Below, in pieces: positions 26,828-39,600 of a stretch of 64,000 nt of DNA. How positions within the stretch are numbered: the first letter of the stretch is position 1; the number at the start of each line of letters is the position of its first letter. A program made the translations under genes and the position numbers. The DNA comes from Octopus vulgaris (taxonomy: Eukaryota): NCBI GenBank assembly GCA_951406725.2, contig OX597817.1, positions 84,444,001 through 84,508,000 of the forward strand, written 5' to 3'. The notes under the pieces were generated by a model. The model ran no database searches, was not told the DNA's origin, and was given only the letters and a program-made list of their open reading frames with translations.

Positions 26828-28117
26828 CGAGGTACGTTCAATAAGTAATGCCACTGACCCACTTGCAGTTGTTTGATCTAGCTGAAATGTTGCATGTGCA
26901 ATTATTTATATCTTTATAGAGTAAGTGGCAAATTACAGCTCTGAACTAATTGTGGTTTCTGATTTACAGGTGTTTGGACTGAGTCAAGTGTGAAATGGAG
27001 CTTGTTGAGTGTCGAGTATTGATCCGGTTTTTGTATTTGAAAGGACGCACACCACGGGAGACTTTTGATGAAATGAAAGTAACTTATGGTGATGATGCCC
27101 CATCATATGACCTTGTAAAACGCTGGCATCGTGAATTCAAACATGGTTGGAACTCTGTGGAAACAGCTCCTAGATCTAGTCGCCCCCCTTCTGCCATTGA
27201 TGAGGCATCTGTCCGTCAAGTTGAGGCTGCCATTTTGGAAGATCGACGCATAACTATTCGCCAAATAGCACATGAGGTCAAGATTAGTACCGGGTCTGTG
27301 GAAACTATCATTCATGACCATTTGCATATGCAAAAGGTGTCTGCCAGATGGATTCCCAGGTTGCTAACACCTTTCCAGAAGCAAGAACGCGTCGAGTGCT
27401 CGAGGATGAATTTGGAGATGTGCCAAGAAGATGAGTCAAAATTTTTCAAAAGACTGATTACACAGGATGAAACCTGGGTCCATCACTATGATCCAGAGAA
27501 AAATCCCAGTCAATGCAGTGGAAGCACCGTGACTCACCTCCTCCAAAGAAGGCAAGGGTGCAGCCCTCCCCTGGCAAGGTCATGCTCACAGTCTTCTGGG
27601 ACCAGGACGGAGTAGTGATGACAGATTTCCTGGCAAGGGGTACCACAATTACAGGAGTCTATTATGCTTCACTTTTGAGGAAATTAAGAGAAGCTATCAA
27701 AATCAAGAGGCGGGGCAAGATCAGCAAAGGCATCCTCCTCCTGCAGGACAACGCTCCAGTCCACAACTCGCGTGTCGCCAGATCAGAAGCACAGGCGTGT
27801 GGCTATGAACTCCTCCCCATCCCCCTACTCTCCTGACGTTGCACCCTCTGATTTTCACCTCTTTCCAGCCATGAAGTTGTTTTTGAAAGGAAAGCGTTTC
27901 CCAGATGATGCAGCCTTGATTTCTGAAGTCACATCGTGGTTGGAGGACTAAGCTGGAATCTTCTACAAAAACGGTCTCCAGAGCTGCATCAAACAATGGG
28001 AGAAATGCGTAACTCTGAGTGGTTCCTATGTAGAAAAAGACTAATAACTGTGCCAAGTTTCGTTGCTCTACTGCTATGGGAAGTGGGTCAGAGGCATTAC
28101 TTATTGAACGCCCCTCG
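26828..28117 (+). mobile_element. Full-length mariner (irritans-like subfamily), 1290 bp
   Basis: TIRs cgaggtacgttcaataagtaatgccactgacccactt / aagtgggtcagaggcattacttattgaacgcccctcg, TA TSD. Confidence 0.95.
26995..28044 (+). pseudogene. Mariner DD34D transposase with two frameshifts and one stop
   Basis: WIPRLL, QDETW, QDNAPVH and YSPDVAPSDFHLF. Frameshifts at ~27497 and ~27820, TAA at ~27949. Confidence 0.93.
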
Positions 28118-28264
28118 TAAGAACAAGATTTTAGTACATATCAAACATATCAAACCATGTATTATTGAAAATGCATTCATAAATAAAGTACAGAACTGGG
28201 AATGGTTATTATCGGTTTAGCCTAGAGACAAGTTAATTCGACTTAAGTCGTGTCTCCTGGAATC

Positions 28265-28318
<54 letters not shown>

Positions 28319-28329
28319 GTATGTATTGT

Positions 28330-28505
28330 GTGCGTGCGTCATTGCGTCTGTGTTTATTTCCCACCGTAGTTGACAGCCGGTGTTGGTGTGTTTACGTCCC
28401 CGTAACTTAGCGCTCCGACAAGAGAGATCGATAAAAATAAGTACCAGGCTTAAAAAGGAAAGTACTAGGGTCGATTCGTTCAACTAGGAATTCTTCAGTG
28501 CGGTA
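28330..28505 (+). mobile_element. SINE family B 3' half
   Basis: gttggtgtgtttacgtccccgtaacttagcg...gataaaaataagtaccaggct. Confidence 0.75.
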
Positions 28506-29247
28506 CCCGGAAATATATTCTCGAAGTGTAAAACGAAGTTAACAGCATGGGATTTCCGTTTGAATTTAGTTTTGCTCGATCGGTTGGCAGCAGAATTTGG
28601 TAGTTAGAGCCAATTTAATGTTTTTATCTATATTTAATTTAGCCCAATACATTTTTCAAATCTAGCATCTTTCGTATCCTTTCTGCTGTATATCCTTTGC
28701 AGCTTGGCCGTCGCTAAGCTCCTGCAACACCTGCGGCCGCTGGGGGCATCCGCGATTGAGGGGCCCCATGTTACGATCAAACTATATAGATGAACCATCT
28801 ATTTGCTTTGGTTAAGATGTTAACTGAAAATTTCAAATCAGAGGAGGACAAAATTCGAGGATATACCGTAAATAACTTTAAAAGAAACGAAAACAGTAAA
28901 TGAAAAAAGCTTTTCGACGAATTACCTACGGAGGTAAAAGAAAACCGAAAGAAATCCAAAACAATGAAAATAAGAACAACTTCAAGAGAAAAGACAAGAA
29001 AAAGAAGCAATGGTGATGAAAGGTGGAGGTTGTATACTTATACATACAAACATACACACACAGGCATACGTACACACATTGATACATACATATACACACA
29101 TATATACGTCTGGTTTTAATTTGTTACGGTCTACGAAGTCCATTCACAAGGCTTTGGCCAACTCAGAAAGAGAGATAGAGAGAGAGACGTGTACCAAACA
29201 CACACACGTCACTTAGTCTTTCTGTCTCCCCTCTTTCTCTCTTCATT

Positions 29248-29307
<60 letters not shown>

Positions 29308-29874
29308 TATATAAATATATACATACATATATTCCACGCATTCATATTCTCCCTTCTCTTTCTTCTTCTTCATCATCATCATCATTATCGTCATCGTCAT
29401 CTTCTTCTTCTTCATCATCATCATCATCATCATCATCATTATCATCATCATCATCGTCATCATCATCTTCAACTTCTTCTTCTTCTTCTTCTCCCCCCTC
29501 TTCTTCCTAACTTTATGACTAATGCTTTTTAGTATTACACCTACGCAAATTCTATAAACAAACCTTTCAATAAAAATATTTTCATGAATTGAACAGCAGG
29601 AACTGCTAGCAACCACTGACCAACAACAATCAAGGCAATCCCAAATTCTTCCTCCCCTTCTTCACCTTCTCCCCCTCCTCCTCCTCCTCCTCCTCCTTCT
29701 TCTTCTTCTTCTTCCCTACCAAAATTCACATGGACCTTGAACCTACATGCGTAAACAAGAGAGATAGACAAAGGCAGAAACAAGGAAAATGCCACTTATA
29801 TTTGAACACTATACAAATATTCTTTTAAAAAAACTTTTCTTTTAATTTTTCTAAATTTAATTTTTTAATTGTTA

Positions 29875-29911
29875 CAGTTGAAAAGGTCTCAAATAACCGA
29901 AACCGGTACTG
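29875..29911 (+). ncRNA. Degenerate minimal hammerhead motif
   Basis: cag TTGAAAA ggt ctcaaata acc GAAA ccgg TA ctg. All three stems intact, two substitutions in the CUGANGA box. Confidence 0.55.
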
Positions 29912-29963
29912 AAATGTTCTTTATAAAATTATTTTAGCATTTTCTATCGTGACTTGTTTTTTC

Positions 29964-30014
<51 letters not shown>

Positions 30015-30084
30015 CACATAATATATATATATACACACATATATATGCATATATGTATATACATACATATATATATATATATAT

Positions 30085-30141
30085 CCCGTCCAACCCGTGC
30101 TAGCGCGGAAAACGGACGTTAAACGATGATGATGATGATGA
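30085..30141 (+). mobile_element. Short 3' tail of an RTE-type LINE/SINE
   Basis: ccgtccaacccgtgctagcgcggaaaacggacgttaaac followed by (gat)n. Family assignment is from recollection only. Confidence 0.4.
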
Positions 30142-30208
30142 TATATATGCATATATGTATATACATATATATATATACATATATATATATACATATATAT
30201 AAATATAC

Positions 30209-30255
<47 letters not shown>

Positions 30256-30261
30256 TATAAG

Positions 30262-30309
<48 letters not shown>

Positions 30310-30752
30310 TATAAGTATATATATACATACATATATATATATATATATGCATATATGTACATATATATATGCATCTATATACATATATTTATATACATAT
30401 ATATATATATATATATTAACTGTGATATGTGGATTAACTGTTGAACTGGACGGACGTCTATTTGTTTCTCTCCCGAGTCAGTAGCAAGCTACACAGCTTC
30501 AAAACTAACTGACCTTAAATATATATATATTTGTAACCACGTGTTTGCCTACAAACCCGTAAGTACGTTTTCATTTAACTACAAATTGTTATATACACCT
30601 GTTTTTCTTTTAATATCCTCAAACAACCAAATAATCAAAAACTCACACCCTTAAGAGAGAACATTTATATATATATACACTTCTTTAACTCCCAAGAAAG
30701 AATATATATATTTTCAAAAATCAAAAGGAAAACAAACAAAAGAAAAACAAAC

Positions 30753-31982
30753 ATGACTAACTTGCAGGCCTGCAACAGACGAAATTGGTCTGATAACGAA
30801 ATTGATGTTTTAATAAACACATGGCTCTCTCTTTCCCAAACAGAAAATCTAAATGTCTTGTGTTTGAATGAGATTGCCGAAAAAACATCACAAGTGGTCA
30901 ACACACGATCCGTCAAACAGATTCGTAGCAAGTTGAAACATATCGAAGTATCTTTCAAACTGATAAGAGGCCATTATGAAAAGCTTCTACATATTTTCAC
31001 AGTTCAAGAACAACAACAGCTAGAAAATCAGCAGCCACAACAACAACAACAACAGAATGAGCCACTCCTGGTTCCCAACACAATGGCTGACCCTGACATC
31101 GGTCAGGCACAACAACAACAACAACAGCCACAGCAACAAGAACAACAACAGCCACTCCTCAACTCTAGCTTACTAGACGATTCACTAAATGCCAGTATCT
31201 TTTCACCGCTCTCACAGCAACCACCACAATTATCATCATCATCATCACCACCGCTGCCACCATCGTCTTCTATCACCAAAAATACCAACAGAAAACCAAA
31301 TAAGAAACCACTGCCCTCTTCCCCCACATCACCACCTCAATACTACTGCAGTAACAAAAACTTAAAGAAACATAGGAAGCAGAATGCGCCCCCCACGGCA
31401 CAAACAAGAAATCCCCAAATATGCCGCTATTCACTGCGCCAGAGACTCTGCACAAATAGTGACTGCATCTTCACGCATCTACCCGGCACTAGACGCACTA
31501 CTGGCCAAGGCCAAAGCACGCATCCCACAATAACATCAACACCACCAAATAGTAAATCGAAATTCAAAACACACACAACTCGGAGTCCCAAAATCTGCCG
31601 GTATTCCCAACGTGAGAGAACATGTCTACTGAGTGACTGTCCCTTCACTCATCTTCCAGGGACCCGACGCACAAACAGAAACGGGGCCTCAAGCCAACAC
31701 ACAAACCTGAATAACAATAAAAATAGAAACACACCATGCTGCAGTAATGCTGGTCCAGTCTTTTCAGGAAGACACAAAAACAACAACAACAAAAGTGGAA
31801 ACTACAACCCTATCCAACAGTGCAACCACACCTCCAGCCAAAAACTGCTCCCTAAGCAGGAAAATTCTTTTTTAGCCATGTTGAACATGGCAAAAGAGAT
31901 ACACAAAAACATTCTAGCCATCACTCAACACCATCCTATGCTATTACCCCAGTGCACCAATTCCCCACATTGCTGCCACTAA
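30753..31982 (+). CDS. LINE ORF1 protein: Myb/SANT-like N-terminus, polyQ, two CCCH zinc fingers
   Basis: 409 aa open frame. WSDNEIDVLINTW...RSVKQIRSKLKHI, and two C-x8-C-x4-C-x3-H motifs each followed by LPGTRRT. Confidence 0.85.
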   Translation: MTNLQACNRRNWSDNEIDVLINTWLSLSQTENLNVLCLNEIAEKTSQVVNTRSVKQIRSKLKHIEVSFKLIRGHYEKLLHIFTVQEQQQLENQQPQQQQQQNEPLLVPNTMADPDIGQAQQQQQQPQQQEQQQPLLNSSLLDDSLNASIFSPLSQQPPQLSSSSSPPLPPSSSITKNTNRKPNKKPLPSSPTSPPQYYCSNKNLKKHRKQNAPPTAQTRNPQICRYSLRQRLCTNSDCIFTHLPGTRRTTGQGQSTHPTITSTPPNSKSKFKTHTTRSPKICRYSQRERTCLLSDCPFTHLPGTRRTNRNGASSQHTNLNNNKNRNTPCCSNAGPVFSGRHKNNNNKSGNYNPIQQCNHTSSQKLLPKQENSFLAMLNMAKEIHKNILAITQHHPMLLPQCTNSPHCCH

Positions 31983-34900
31983 CACACACAAAAAATCCAA
32001 GCCCCCTGCAACAGTCAAAACCAGCCACTACACTAACCTCCACATTCCTACTCAATGCACAAGGTGTCAGCCCTTCCATCAATGCACAAAAATGGAAGGT
32101 CCAATTCATTGAAGACTGGGTTGGTAACCATTCACACCACATCCCTTTCTTCATTCTCACTGAGACCCACCTTGACAACTCCCACTTGGAAGCCGAAGTG
32201 AGAGTGAAGAATTTCACAACCATCCGCGCGGATCGTATCGGCAGGAGGAAGGGTGGAACTGCCATTTTCCTGCATGATTCATTTACGGCAGATGGAAATA
32301 GTATATTCTCCAACGGCTACTGTGAATCAGTCACCGTGCACAACAAAGCCAATGATCTGACAGTAATTGGGCTCTATAGGCCGCCCCAAACACCCATACT
32401 GTGCTTTAAAGAATGCCTCAACAGCATTAAGTGCTTTATTCAACAGTGCCATTCTAGCAACATACTCATGATGGGAGACTTCAATCTACCCTGTGTTGAC
32501 TGGACTACAAACTGTTTGAAACCAAGCACTCCCGCCTCAACCGCTGACAAAGAAGCAGCAGAGTCACTTTTCGACTTTACGAATGAGTTTTTCTTGTCCC
32601 AACTTGTCCTTGCACCAACAAGACATCAGAACATTTTGGACCTAGTGTTTAGTAACCACACTAACACTATACATAACGTTACAGTGGAAAAAACCCTTCT
32701 TTCAGACCATGACATGGTTCTCTGTAACATGAAATTCCACCAGCCGAAAGCTAATCCTAGTGACCTTCCTCCAGCCCACCCATTTGACAACATGGATCTC
32801 CATAAAGCCAACTGGGATGCAATCAGGAACGAGCTATCAAATGTTGACTGGTCCTTTACACATACACACATCTCCACCAACCATAAAACATCTTGGCAGA
32901 TCTTTGTAGACACCGTCACAGACATATGTGCAAAACACTCCCCACCAAGACCTGTGAACAAAAAGTGCAGAATCCCCCAAAACAGAAAAACCATTATCAG
33001 AAAAATAAAAAGAACAAACAAAAAAATTAACAAACTAAAGTACTGCCAACAGCAACACACACATTCGACGGCTATCGCACTGCTTGAATCCAAAAAATAT
33101 AACCTCCAACAATGCATGAAGTCCCTCATCAATAACCAAAGATCAGCTGAGGAGAAGTGGGCCATTGAAAAAATCAAACTCAACCCCAAAGTGTTCTTTT
33201 CATTTGCGAGGAAACGCAGGGTCACTGTCTCCACTGTAGGCCCTCTAATTGACGAAACTGGCACTCTCCAAGATAATGCCAAATCCATGGCCGAGATACT
33301 GCAGAAACAATACTGCTCTGTTTTCAGCAATCCTGATATGGCCGATCTGGGCTGTATCAGTGATGTCAACCCCCAACACACTATATCGGACATAACGTTT
33401 AGTGCCCCTGATGTCTTAGCGGCGATAAACGAAATAAAACACAATTCAGCAGTAGGCCCCGATAGGTTCCCTGCTTGTGTCCTGAAGGTGTGTCGACACC
33501 AACTTGCATCTCCCCTTGCTAATCTGTGGAGAAACTCACTGGATGCTGGCTATATTCCAAAAACCTTCTGTCCCAGTCTGTTGTCCCAGTTTTCAAAAAG
33601 GGAAACAAGTCCCTTGCAGTGAATTACCGTCCGATCTCACTCACCTCTCATATCATCAAGGTATTTGAGAGGGTGGTGAGATCTCAAATAACCCAATTTC
33701 TGGAAAGCAACAGACGGCTGATCTCCAACCAACATGGGTTCCGTAATGGAAGGGACTGCCTAACGCAGCTCCTGCATCACTTTGAGGACATTTTGAGAGC
33801 TTTGGGAGAGGGCTCCAACACCGATGTCATCTACCTTGATTTCAGTAAGGCCTTCGACAGGGTCGATCACAAGATCCTATTGAAAAAACTATCCAACATT
33901 GGTGTCTCTGGAAAGTTACTGAAATGGATTAAGTGTTTCCTGACAGACAGATCTCAACATGTTGTAGTTGAAGGGGTAAAATCAAGCCCAGCCAAAGTCA
34001 GTAGTGGCGTTCCGCAAGGCACTGTGCTGGGCCCACTTCTTTTCATCATTTACATTAATGACATTAATGACATCATCAAGCACAGCAACATAAAAATCTT
34101 TGCAGATGACTCCAAGCTACAGAAGGTCATAAATGAGGCGAGTGACCGGACATGCCTTCAGTCAGATCTACTGGCTGTTATCCAATGGGCAGAAAAAAAC
34201 AATATGCTGCTGAACGAGGATAAATTTGAGCTAATCCACTTTGGAAAAGAGGATGCCCTGAAACTCCCATACTCCCTTCCTTCAGGTGAATCTCTCGCGG
34301 CGTCCAACAACATCAGAGACTTGGGAGTAATTGTGGACAACAACGTAAGCTGGGCCACTCATATAAACACCAAAGTTGACATGGCCCGCAGAATGTGTTC
34401 CTGGATTCTCAGAACTTTCCAGTCGAGAGATATCCACACCATTATCCTTCTCTTCTCCACTTTTGCCCGACCCCACCTTGAATACTGTTGTCCACTGTGG
34501 TCTCCCCACACAATACAAGGTATCATAAAAGTCGAAGCACCTCAAAGGGCAATCACAAAAAAGATAGATGGCATGACAGGCCTCGACTATTGGGGTCGAC
34601 TAGAAAAGCTAAAACTCTATTCTCTCCAACGTCGTCGTGAGCGCTACATCATCTGCATGATGTGGAAAATATTCCATCAGCATTGCCCAAATGATGTTGG
34701 CATCACCTTTAAGGTACATCCAAGGCTTGGGCCCCGTGCCATCCGCCCAAAACAAAAATCGCACTCTCATCTCATAACAACAATACGGCACAATTATTTC
34801 ACCTCAATTGGCCCCGCTCTCTTTAATATTACACCAAAACACATTAAAACAGAAACTGACCCTATAGGGTTCAAGAAGTCTTTGGACAGATTCCTTCAAG

Positions 34901-34986
34901 AAATCCCGGATAAACCCCCTACACCCGGATATGTCTCTGTAAACAATAACTCTCTACTTGAGTGGGCCATAGTGCCCAAATTCTGA
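31856..34986 (+). CDS. LINE ORF2, APE endonuclease plus reverse transcriptase, with one frameshift at ~33559-33563
   Basis: APE motifs LTETHL, YRPP, MGDFN, NILDLVF, SDH. RT motifs NYRPISLTS, QHGFR, YLDFSKAFDRV, GVPQGTVLGP, FADD, DLGV. One extra A in an A5 run would join the two frames. Confidence 0.93.
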
Positions 34987-35501
34987 CTTGAAAGACTTCA
35001 CCAGGTGGTGCTATTAAGTTAGACATGGCCTGGGCCAATAATGGCCGAAACCTATCAAAGTATCAAAGTATCAAAGTATATATATATATATATATATGGC
35101 GTTGTTATTTGATGTTATTGAAAAGCTGGTCACTTTGTACCCAAAACAGTGGCCTTTGACAATAAAAACTGTAGACAAAATTCTTTCTGTACCAAATATA
35201 AGCGCGCGCACCAACACACAGCCACACACACACACACACAAATGTTTGTGTGTGTGTATGTATGTGTGTGTATCTATGTAAAGAAGAGTAGAAAAAAAGA
35301 TATACCGACGTATTTTTTTTTCTTTTTTGAATGTGTTGTATTTTACAATCATCTCTGCAGTCTCTGCTATGATGATTCTAAAATACAACAAGCTGTTTCA
35401 TTTTTGCAAATAACAAAGGTACGTAGATTATGAATTTTGATTGAAGAGATGGGCCCTCGAAACAAAAGGTTGCAAGGGAAACTCTAAAAGTCATGCAACC
35501 C

Positions 35502-35882
<381 letters not shown>

Positions 35883-35921
35883 TATATATATATATGTATG
35901 TATACACAGAAAAATGTTTTA

Positions 35922-36064
35922 CAGGCGCAGGAGTGGCTGTGTGGTAAGTAGATTGCTTAACAACCACATGGTTCCGGCTTAATCCCCACTGCGTGTGTCT
36001 TCTATTATAGCCTTGGGCTGACCAAAGCCTAGTGAGTGGATTTGGTAGACGGAAACTGAAAGAA
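35922..36064 (+). mobile_element. SINE family B 5' half
   Basis: aggcgcaggagtggctgtgtggtaag...ggatttggtagacggaaactgaaagaa, head-to-head with the previous copy. Confidence 0.8.
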
Positions 36065-36093
36065 TATTTTTAGACCCAGTACGCCATGTTTGT

Positions 36094-36128
<35 letters not shown>

Positions 36129-36129
36129 C

Positions 36130-36600
36130 AATACTTTTTTCGTCTGGCGTTAACAGCCCTTCTTATCTTGTTCTCCTTGTCCTGTCTCTCACTGTTATAT
36201 ATTTATTTTTCCACTGTTTATATATATATTTTTTACTGTTTATATGTTTGTACTGTCGTTACCGTCTTGCTTTTTTACCCCTCTGCGACAAGATCTCAGA
36301 ATTTTAATTGATTTGCTTTTCGCAGGAAGGAATTTTTCATTCGAAGTATACGTCTCGCTTTTATCCTTCGAAACGTTTAGTAGATGAAACTTTAGCGACT
36401 GAAGAAGGGGATTTTTCGTTGTGCTTATTGTCCTGTATCTCCTTTTTTTGCTTGTCTTGTTCCTTGGTTTGTGTCTATGTTTTTCGTCTCTCTATGTGTT
36501 CGACGTCCTTTTGGTGTCCTGTACACATATATGCGTGTATATGTACATGTAGAGGTAGGTACGTACATATATGTTTATATATATGCATATATTTTATTAA
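36130..36600 (+). repeat. Copy of the ~430 bp TA-associated repeat family
   Basis: Similar to 10330-10760. Confidence 0.75.
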
Positions 36601-36601
36601 C

Positions 36602-36632
<31 letters not shown>

Positions 36633-36643
36633 CATATATATAT

Positions 36644-36693
<50 letters not shown>

Positions 36694-36755
36694 TGTGTAT
36701 ACACATGCATTCAAATAGATAGATACATAGATATATGCATATGTATATATACATA

Positions 36756-36823
<68 letters not shown>

Positions 36824-37348
36824 TATATGTATACACATATATATGAATGCATGTATGTATGTATGTATGTATGTATGGAAAACAGGTTGTTAGGAAAACA
36901 CAAAACTGTTTCATAATCTTTCAACTTGACCTCCGAAAGACTTTATCTTTATTTACCAACTCAAATAATCGAAAGATTCACTCACTGAATAACTGCGCAT
37001 GTGTGCAGCCCGTGTAGTTAATTCCTGCAGTGTGAGGTCAGATCTACACAATAGATCAACGGACTGATGTAGAATACTGGCGCAAGATAATTTATATTTA
37101 ATTTAGAACTGCAAAGAAGTGTACTATAGATAATTTTTCTGTTCGAGATGAAGACGAAATTTTTCATTCCGTTTGTAAATAGCGTTGCGGGAATAGCTAC
37201 ATTGATTTTATATTTTGGTTTTCCCACAATGTCTTCTCTCTTAAAAGGAATTTTTGATGTGCAATATCTCATATATATTAGGTTTGCTTTGGCGTTGCAC
37301 TGAAACGACAACAAAACACATGCGTTCACTGACATCATTCAAATCCCA

Positions 37349-38005
37349 TCGTGGTTAAGAAGCTCTCTTTCAAACCACCTGGTTTTTAGTTCAGTTATTT
37401 TGCATGGCACCTTGGTCAAGTGCTATCACCTAGGGCCTACACAATTCTTTGTGGGTGAATTTCGTATAAGCACATATATACAACTATATGCTTCCAGGGT
37501 TCAGTTCCACTGCGTGGCACCATCGGAAAGTGTCTTGTATTATAGCATCGCGCCGACCAAAGACTTGTGAGTGGATTTGGTAGAGGGAAAATAGGAAAAG
37601 CCTGACGTGTGTGTGTGCGCGCGCATGTGTGTGTATGTGTGAATGTCTGTCTGTCTTTGTGTTTCTATTCCTCACTCTGCTTGACAACTAGTGTTGGTGT
37701 GTTCACGTCTTTGTAACTTATTTGTTAGTAGTGTGTGCATGTGTGTGTGTATGTGAGAGTATGTGTGTGTGTGAGAGAGTATGTGCGTGTGAGAGAGTAT
37801 GTGTGCATGTGTGTATGTGTGTGCGTTCAGCATCACCGACTGACAACCGGTGTTTCTTCGTTTACACCCCGTAACTCATCGGCTCGGCATAAGTGAGCAA
37901 TAAAATAAGTAGTCAATTTGGTTTGATTTTTTTCCTATTAAAACCCTTCAAGACACTGCCCTAGTATGGCTACAGTCCAATGACGGACACAAGTAAGAGA
38001 TAAAA
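37349..38005 (+). mobile_element. Cluster of diverged SINE family B pieces
   Basis: 5' halves at ~37349-37470 and ~37488-37605; 3' halves at ~37670-37725 and ~37835-38005. Confidence 0.7.
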
Positions 38006-38111
38006 AAAGGAAAAGATATATGTGTGTGTGAGTGTACGTGTATAATTTTTATATACACTCATGTATCTTTTATATACACATGCATCATGTGTGCATATAC
38101 ACATATAACCG

Positions 38112-38213
<102 letters not shown>

Positions 38214-38568
38214 CACCATGATTGACCGCTAACTCCAAAAATTTTCTTCTTATTCTGTCTGTTTATTTCCTCGTGTTCCTTTCTGTTGAAAAGCGTAGAT
38301 TCGAAAGGTGAAAGACTTTCTCACCTTTCCGAGTGTCAAACTAATTAATACACCTGATTGTTGTTTATACACCTGTCTTCGTCATTTGTTTTTCTGTACA
38401 TTTCAATTATATATGTGTATATATATATATAATATATATGTATATATATATATATATATACATATATATTTATATTCCTATTTCTAACAATGAAGGTACC
38501 TCGTCACTCTTTAGTCATATTTAGTAACTATTGAATTTTTCCTTTATGGTATTAACTTGCGCCTTGCT

Positions 38569-38614
<46 letters not shown>

Positions 38615-38680
38615 TTGTGTGTGTGTGCGTGTGTGTGTGTACGTGTGTGTGTATGTATGTTATCTATGTATGTATATATC

Positions 38681-38714
<34 letters not shown>

Positions 38715-38803
38715 TGTATGTATGTATGTATGTATGTATGTATATGGGTGTGTGTGTTAGCGTCGAACTCAAATGTTTACTAACAGGGACAGCGATTGTA
38801 TAT

Positions 38804-38904
38804 CACCTGAAGAGATACAAACAAATCCCATTATACAAGTAAACCGTTGCTTAATTTAAATCTGTGTATATGTGGATTTATGTTGTATCGAAACATGTGT
38901 AGTG
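38804..38904 (+). ncRNA. Type I hammerhead ribozyme with long stem II
   Basis: cac CTGAAGA gatacaa..aaatcc...ggattt..ttgtatc GAAA c atgt g TA gtg. Canonical core, 7 bp stem II, GUA site at 38899-38901. Confidence 0.85.
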
Positions 38905-39068
38905 TTTATTATATAGCTATCTAATCGCACTCCTTGTTGACTCTATTTTTTTCAATTATATATATATAAAATTAATATCAGATTAATAAAGAATTTTTAG
39001 AAATTTCTACTACCAGTGGCCTAGCTTGTAAAAAATTAGTCAATAGACTAATTAGTCATATAAATACG

Positions 39069-39218
39069 GTGTACATTTATACACATAAGAGGTATCCGTC
39101 ATAGAATTCCTTGCACACTAGAAGGAGCAGCTAATATCCAAACCATTTGATTTTAGCTGTTCCTTCTAGCGTGCAAGGGATCCTATGACGGATACCTCTC
39201 ATGTGTTTAAATGTACAC
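39069..39218. repeat. Hairpin/inverted repeat with ~66 bp arms
   Basis: 39069-39134 versus 39153-39218, few mismatches. Confidence 0.9.
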
Positions 39219-39234
39219 TATATATATATAGTGT

Positions 39235-39600
39235 ACCCACCTTCTGGAGGGTTCAGAATTCCAATTCAAACAAGGAGAAATATTTAAGTTCAAATCAAAT
39301 TTCAACTGCGCCTCAGCAAATGTAATCTATTGTCATAACATGCATAGGATGTGGTAAACTCTATATTGGACAAACAGGAATTTCGCTCCGCCAAAGAATC
39401 ACCATTCACAAAGAGCAAATCCGTCACCCACAATACAGACAGTTAAAGGTGAGTGAACACATAGAAAGATGTGCCAGGAATCTTAATCCCAATTTCCAAA
39501 TATTTCCCTTTTACCAATGCTCACAGAACACCACAATGCAACAAAGGCTGAATAAAGAGACATTTTTCATCAATAAATTTCTCCCCCAACTAAATATGAA
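39235..39600 (+). pseudogene. Penelope-like GIY-YIG endonuclease fragment
   Basis: FNCASANVIY / VITCIGCGKLYIGQTGISLRQRITIHKEQIR...VSEHIERC...ETFFINKFLPQLN, with one frameshift near 39330. Confidence 0.85.

Larger units (their letters stand above)
26180..28270 (+). mobile_element. Internally deleted Tigger/pogo element interrupted by a mariner
   Basis: Left end caggcatacct. psq-type HTH ENKLAIMKRPEKSEKVVAVARSLGMNRTTVPTIVHN | KNKILVHIK reads across the mariner insertion. cttaagtcg subterminal motifs near both ends. Confidence 0.7.
30417..35078 (+). mobile_element. Full-length CR1-group LINE (APE-RT type) inserted in (TA)n
   Basis: ~335 bp 5' UTR, ORF1, APE-RT ORF2, short 3' UTR ending in (tatcaaag)3. 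TA tracts on both sides. Confidence 0.9.

Noticed and set aside
32626-33444. 272 aa minus-strand ORF
   Set aside because: Antisense shadow of LINE ORF2 with no recognisable motifs.
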